NCBI GenBank assembly: GCA_963422635.1
Contig: OY730415.1
Location: 1,210,088 to 1,274,087 of the forward strand
Length of the DNA stretch: 64,000 bases
Reading direction: 5' to 3'
Origin: Dehalococcoidia bacterium
Lineage (GTDB): Bacteria > Chloroflexota > Dehalococcoidia > Lucifugimonadales > UBA3495
Position 1 is the stretch's first letter; each line of letters begins with the position of its first letter. The notes beneath the pieces are model-generated. The model saw nothing but the letters and a program-made list of their open reading frames with translations. It made no database searches and was not told where the DNA came from. Both the position numbers and the translations under genes were made by a program. Below, one piece after another: positions 60,661 to 64,000 of this stretch.

Positions 60661-60684
60661 AACGGCGGGCGGAGGTCCGCCGTT
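60661..60684 (+). terminator. Hairpin after the 60246 ORF
   Basis: AACGGCGG-8 nt-CCGCCGTT, followed by TGGCTGGGTTT (weak U-tract). Confidence 0.35.
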
Positions 60685-60780
60685 TGGCTGGGTTTACGTT
60701 TCCGGTTGCCCGGCGGCGGCTTGACGGTTGCCCGGCGGTTGATTGTTGCGTTGCGATGATAATTATTGAAGGAGCAGACT

Positions 60781-61599
60781 ATGCTGATAGTCGATGCGCA
60801 GGTGCACATTTGGGGTACTGGGTTGCCCACCAACCCGGCCCACCGGCAGATTACCGCTTTTTCCAGGGATGACCTGCTGCAGGAGATGGATGAGGCGGGC
60901 GTGGCTGCGGCGGTTATTCACCCGCCGGGCTGGGATCCCAACTCCGGCCAACTCGCCATTGAAGCGGCGGCCCAGTATCCCGACCGGCTGGCGATTTTGG
61001 GCAACTTCCCGCTGGATAGAGAGGAAAGCAAGGGCTTGGTGGCGGGTTGGAAGGGGCAGCCGGGGATGTTGGGGCTGCGCTTTACTTTTCAGCAGCCGCA
61101 GATGCAGTCGTGGCCCACTGACGGCACGATGGATTGGCTGTGGCCGGCGGCGGCAGCGGCGGGTTTGCCAGTGGCTTTGGCCTGTTCCGCCTTTTTGCCG
61201 GCCCTTGGCGAGATTGCTGAGCGCCACCCGGAAGTTAAGCTGATTGTGGATCATTTTGGTCGGGGCGGGGGAGCCGCGGATGCGGAAGCTTGGGCCAACT
61301 TGCCGGACTTGCTGGCCTTGGCGCGGTATCCCAATGTGGCGGTGAAGGCTACTGGAGCTCCCAGCTATTCTAGCGCCGCCTACCCTTTTAGCAACATTCA
61401 CGATTACCTCCGCCAGGTTTATGACGCCTTTGGCCCGGAGCGGATGTTCTGGGGCACCGATATTACTCGGATGCCGTGTTCCTGGAAACAGTGCATTACC
61501 CTCTTTACGGAGGAATTGCCCTGGCTGTCGGAAAGCGACAAGGAGTTGATTATGGGGCGGGCGCTCTGCAATTGGCTGGGCTGGGAGCTGGCGGGTTAA
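60781..61599 (+). CDS. Amidohydrolase_2-family protein
   Basis: ATG at 60781 preceded by GAAGGAG. IVDAQVHIW...VDHFG pattern. Confidence 0.7.
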   Translation: MLIVDAQVHIWGTGLPTNPAHRQITAFSRDDLLQEMDEAGVAAAVIHPPGWDPNSGQLAIEAAAQYPDRLAILGNFPLDREESKGLVAGWKGQPGMLGLRFTFQQPQMQSWPTDGTMDWLWPAAAAAGLPVALACSAFLPALGEIAERHPEVKLIVDHFGRGGGAADAEAWANLPDLLALARYPNVAVKATGAPSYSSAAYPFSNIHDYLRQVYDAFGPERMFWGTDITRMPCSWKQCITLFTEELPWLSESDKELIMGRALCNWLGWELAG

Positions 61600-61702
61600 G
61601 CTCGGCCGGCTGGCTTTTATCCCAACCGGCGGCTCTTGGCGGGATGGCCGGGCTGAAGTCGACTCGGGGAAGGGGGTTGCTTGGGGTTTGGGAAGCTGGG
61701 GA

Positions 61703-61794
61703 GGTTTGACCCAGGCGCAAGGGGTGTATTGGCCACTACGACTACCGAGCGGAGTGATGTAATGGTTTGACCCAGGCGCAAGGGGTGTATTGGC
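61703..61794. repeat. 31-bp perfect direct repeat x2 with 61-bp period
   Basis: GGTTTGACCCAGGCGCAAGGGGTGTATTGGC at 61703-61733 and 61764-61794, separated by a 30-bp spacer. Confidence 0.95.
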
Positions 61795-61912
61795 TGTAGC
61801 CAAAGGTTGCGGCGGAACAGCTTGGATAAGATGGCGGGTAACTTATTGGCGTTCCCCCAGGGGCCGGACTACCTCAATAAACTCAACAAGATAGGGTCGG
61901 GAGGCAATCGCG

Positions 61913-62354
61913 ATGGATTTCGGATTTCGGAGTTTTTCTCGATTTTCCGACGGCGGGAGGCACGCACGAAGACGCCTTTTGGGAGACCTTTGATTTGGTG
62001 GATCTGGCGGACGAACCGGGGTTGGATACGGTTTGGCTGGGGGAGACTCACTTTACGCCGGAACGGGCGGCGCACTCGGCGCAGATGGTAATCGCCAGTT
62101 CTATCGGGACCAGAACCAAGCGGTTGCGGGTTGGTTCGGCGGTGCATGTGCTGCCGTTGGCGCATCCCCTGCGGATTGCCGAAGAGGCGGCGACCGTGGA
62201 CCAGATTAGCCAGGGTCGCTTTGAGTTTGGCGTGGGGCGTAGCGGCAACATCCGGGCTTATGACACTATGGGGATCGACTATGTGAAAAGCAAAGGACGG
62301 TTCCCCAAAACGAAGGGGACTGGTAGATTGTTCGGATTGACAAACCGGCCCTGA
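61913..62354 (+). pseudogene. LLM-class oxidoreductase remnant (frameshifted and 3'-truncated)
   Basis: ATG GATTTCG GATTTCG GAG: a 7-bp tandem duplication (61916-61922 / 61923-61929). Removing one copy restores MDFGVFLDFPTAGGTHEDAFWETFDLVDLADEPGLDTVWLGETHF. The ORF ends after about 145 codons versus 330 or more expected. Confidence 0.65.
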
Positions 62355-62539
62355 TTCGGGATAATGGGCGGGTATGCTGGGCGGCCTCGGTAGGCATTCA
62401 TCGGCCGGTTGACCAATCGGCTAATGAGCCGGCCGGTTAATTTGCAGTCCCGAAGTCAGTTAACTCGGCGCGGTGGGCGCCCGGCGCCAGACCTTATACC
62501 CTTGACCTTTGGGGCGAAGTTGAAGGAAGGAATTGCAAG

Positions 62540-63846
<1,307 letters not shown>

Positions 63847-63850
<4 letters not shown>

Positions 63851-64000
63851 AGCTGCGGGGATTTGCGCGGGGCGGCCTGACGCTGCGAAGGCCCCGGTTC
63901 GACTGGTTCACCCTGTCGCTGGCGGTCTTGGGCCTGCTGGGCGCGGCGTTGGTTCTGCTGCGTCAAGCCAACTATGGCGTAGGAATGGGGGGAGATTCCA
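63847..64000 (+). CDS. 5' end of a membrane protein gene (partial, runs off the window)
   Basis: GTG overlaps the GT2 stop (GTGA). Translation VKLRGFARGGLTLRRPRFDWFTLSLAVLGLLGAALVLL begins with a TM helix. Confidence 0.35.

Noticed and set aside
60096-61794. CRISPR arrays (two repeat pairs with about 30-bp spacers)
   Set aside because: Each has only two repeats, the two loci have unrelated repeat sequences, and there are no cas genes or leader-like AT-rich region in the window. They are kept as unexplained direct repeats instead.

Overview
High-GC (about 60-68% in sampled rows), gene-dense bacterial chromosomal segment. All functional calls rest on motif and family recognition by eye; no database search was run. 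Housekeeping genes: pcrA, dapA, leuB, folE, thrC-hom, rpsF-ssb-rpsR, glyA. There is a phosphate-starvation module: OmpR-type regulator, PhoR-like kinase, secreted HNH/DUF1524 nuclease lipoprotein, and an orphan PstS preceded by an 11-bp-phased direct-repeat array. The right half holds a run of catabolic-type paralogs (3 luciferase-like monooxygenases, one decayed; 2 amidohydrolase_2; 2 VOC; SDRs). That content is reminiscent of marine Chloroflexota (SAR202-like), but this is only an inference. Items worth a second look: (1) a low-GC island (34.5-37.4 kb, about 40-45% GC in sampled rows) encoding one 917-codon UvrD-type helicase fused to a Cas4/AddB-type 4-Cys PD-(D/E)XK nuclease, split by a single in-frame TAA and preceded by a decayed NYN-domain gene; (2) two candidate selenoproteins 2 kb apart, where an in-frame TGA sits at a redox motif (GrdB-family U-x-x-C; TlpA/redoxin-type W-A-T-I-U-G-V-C), each followed by a small hairpin 10-12 nt downstream; (3) a 3 x 496-bp tandem array of a PaREP1/HEPN-like gene whose ends and spacers are near-identical but whose centre has diverged; (4) two paralogous three-gene cassettes DUF1800-DUF1501-NHL propeller with no visible signal peptides, one carrying a perfect 50-bp intercistronic palindrome; (5) a 37-nt poly-C run inside a GT2 glycosyltransferase. 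I recognised no rRNA, tRNA, CRISPR array, transposase or integrase.
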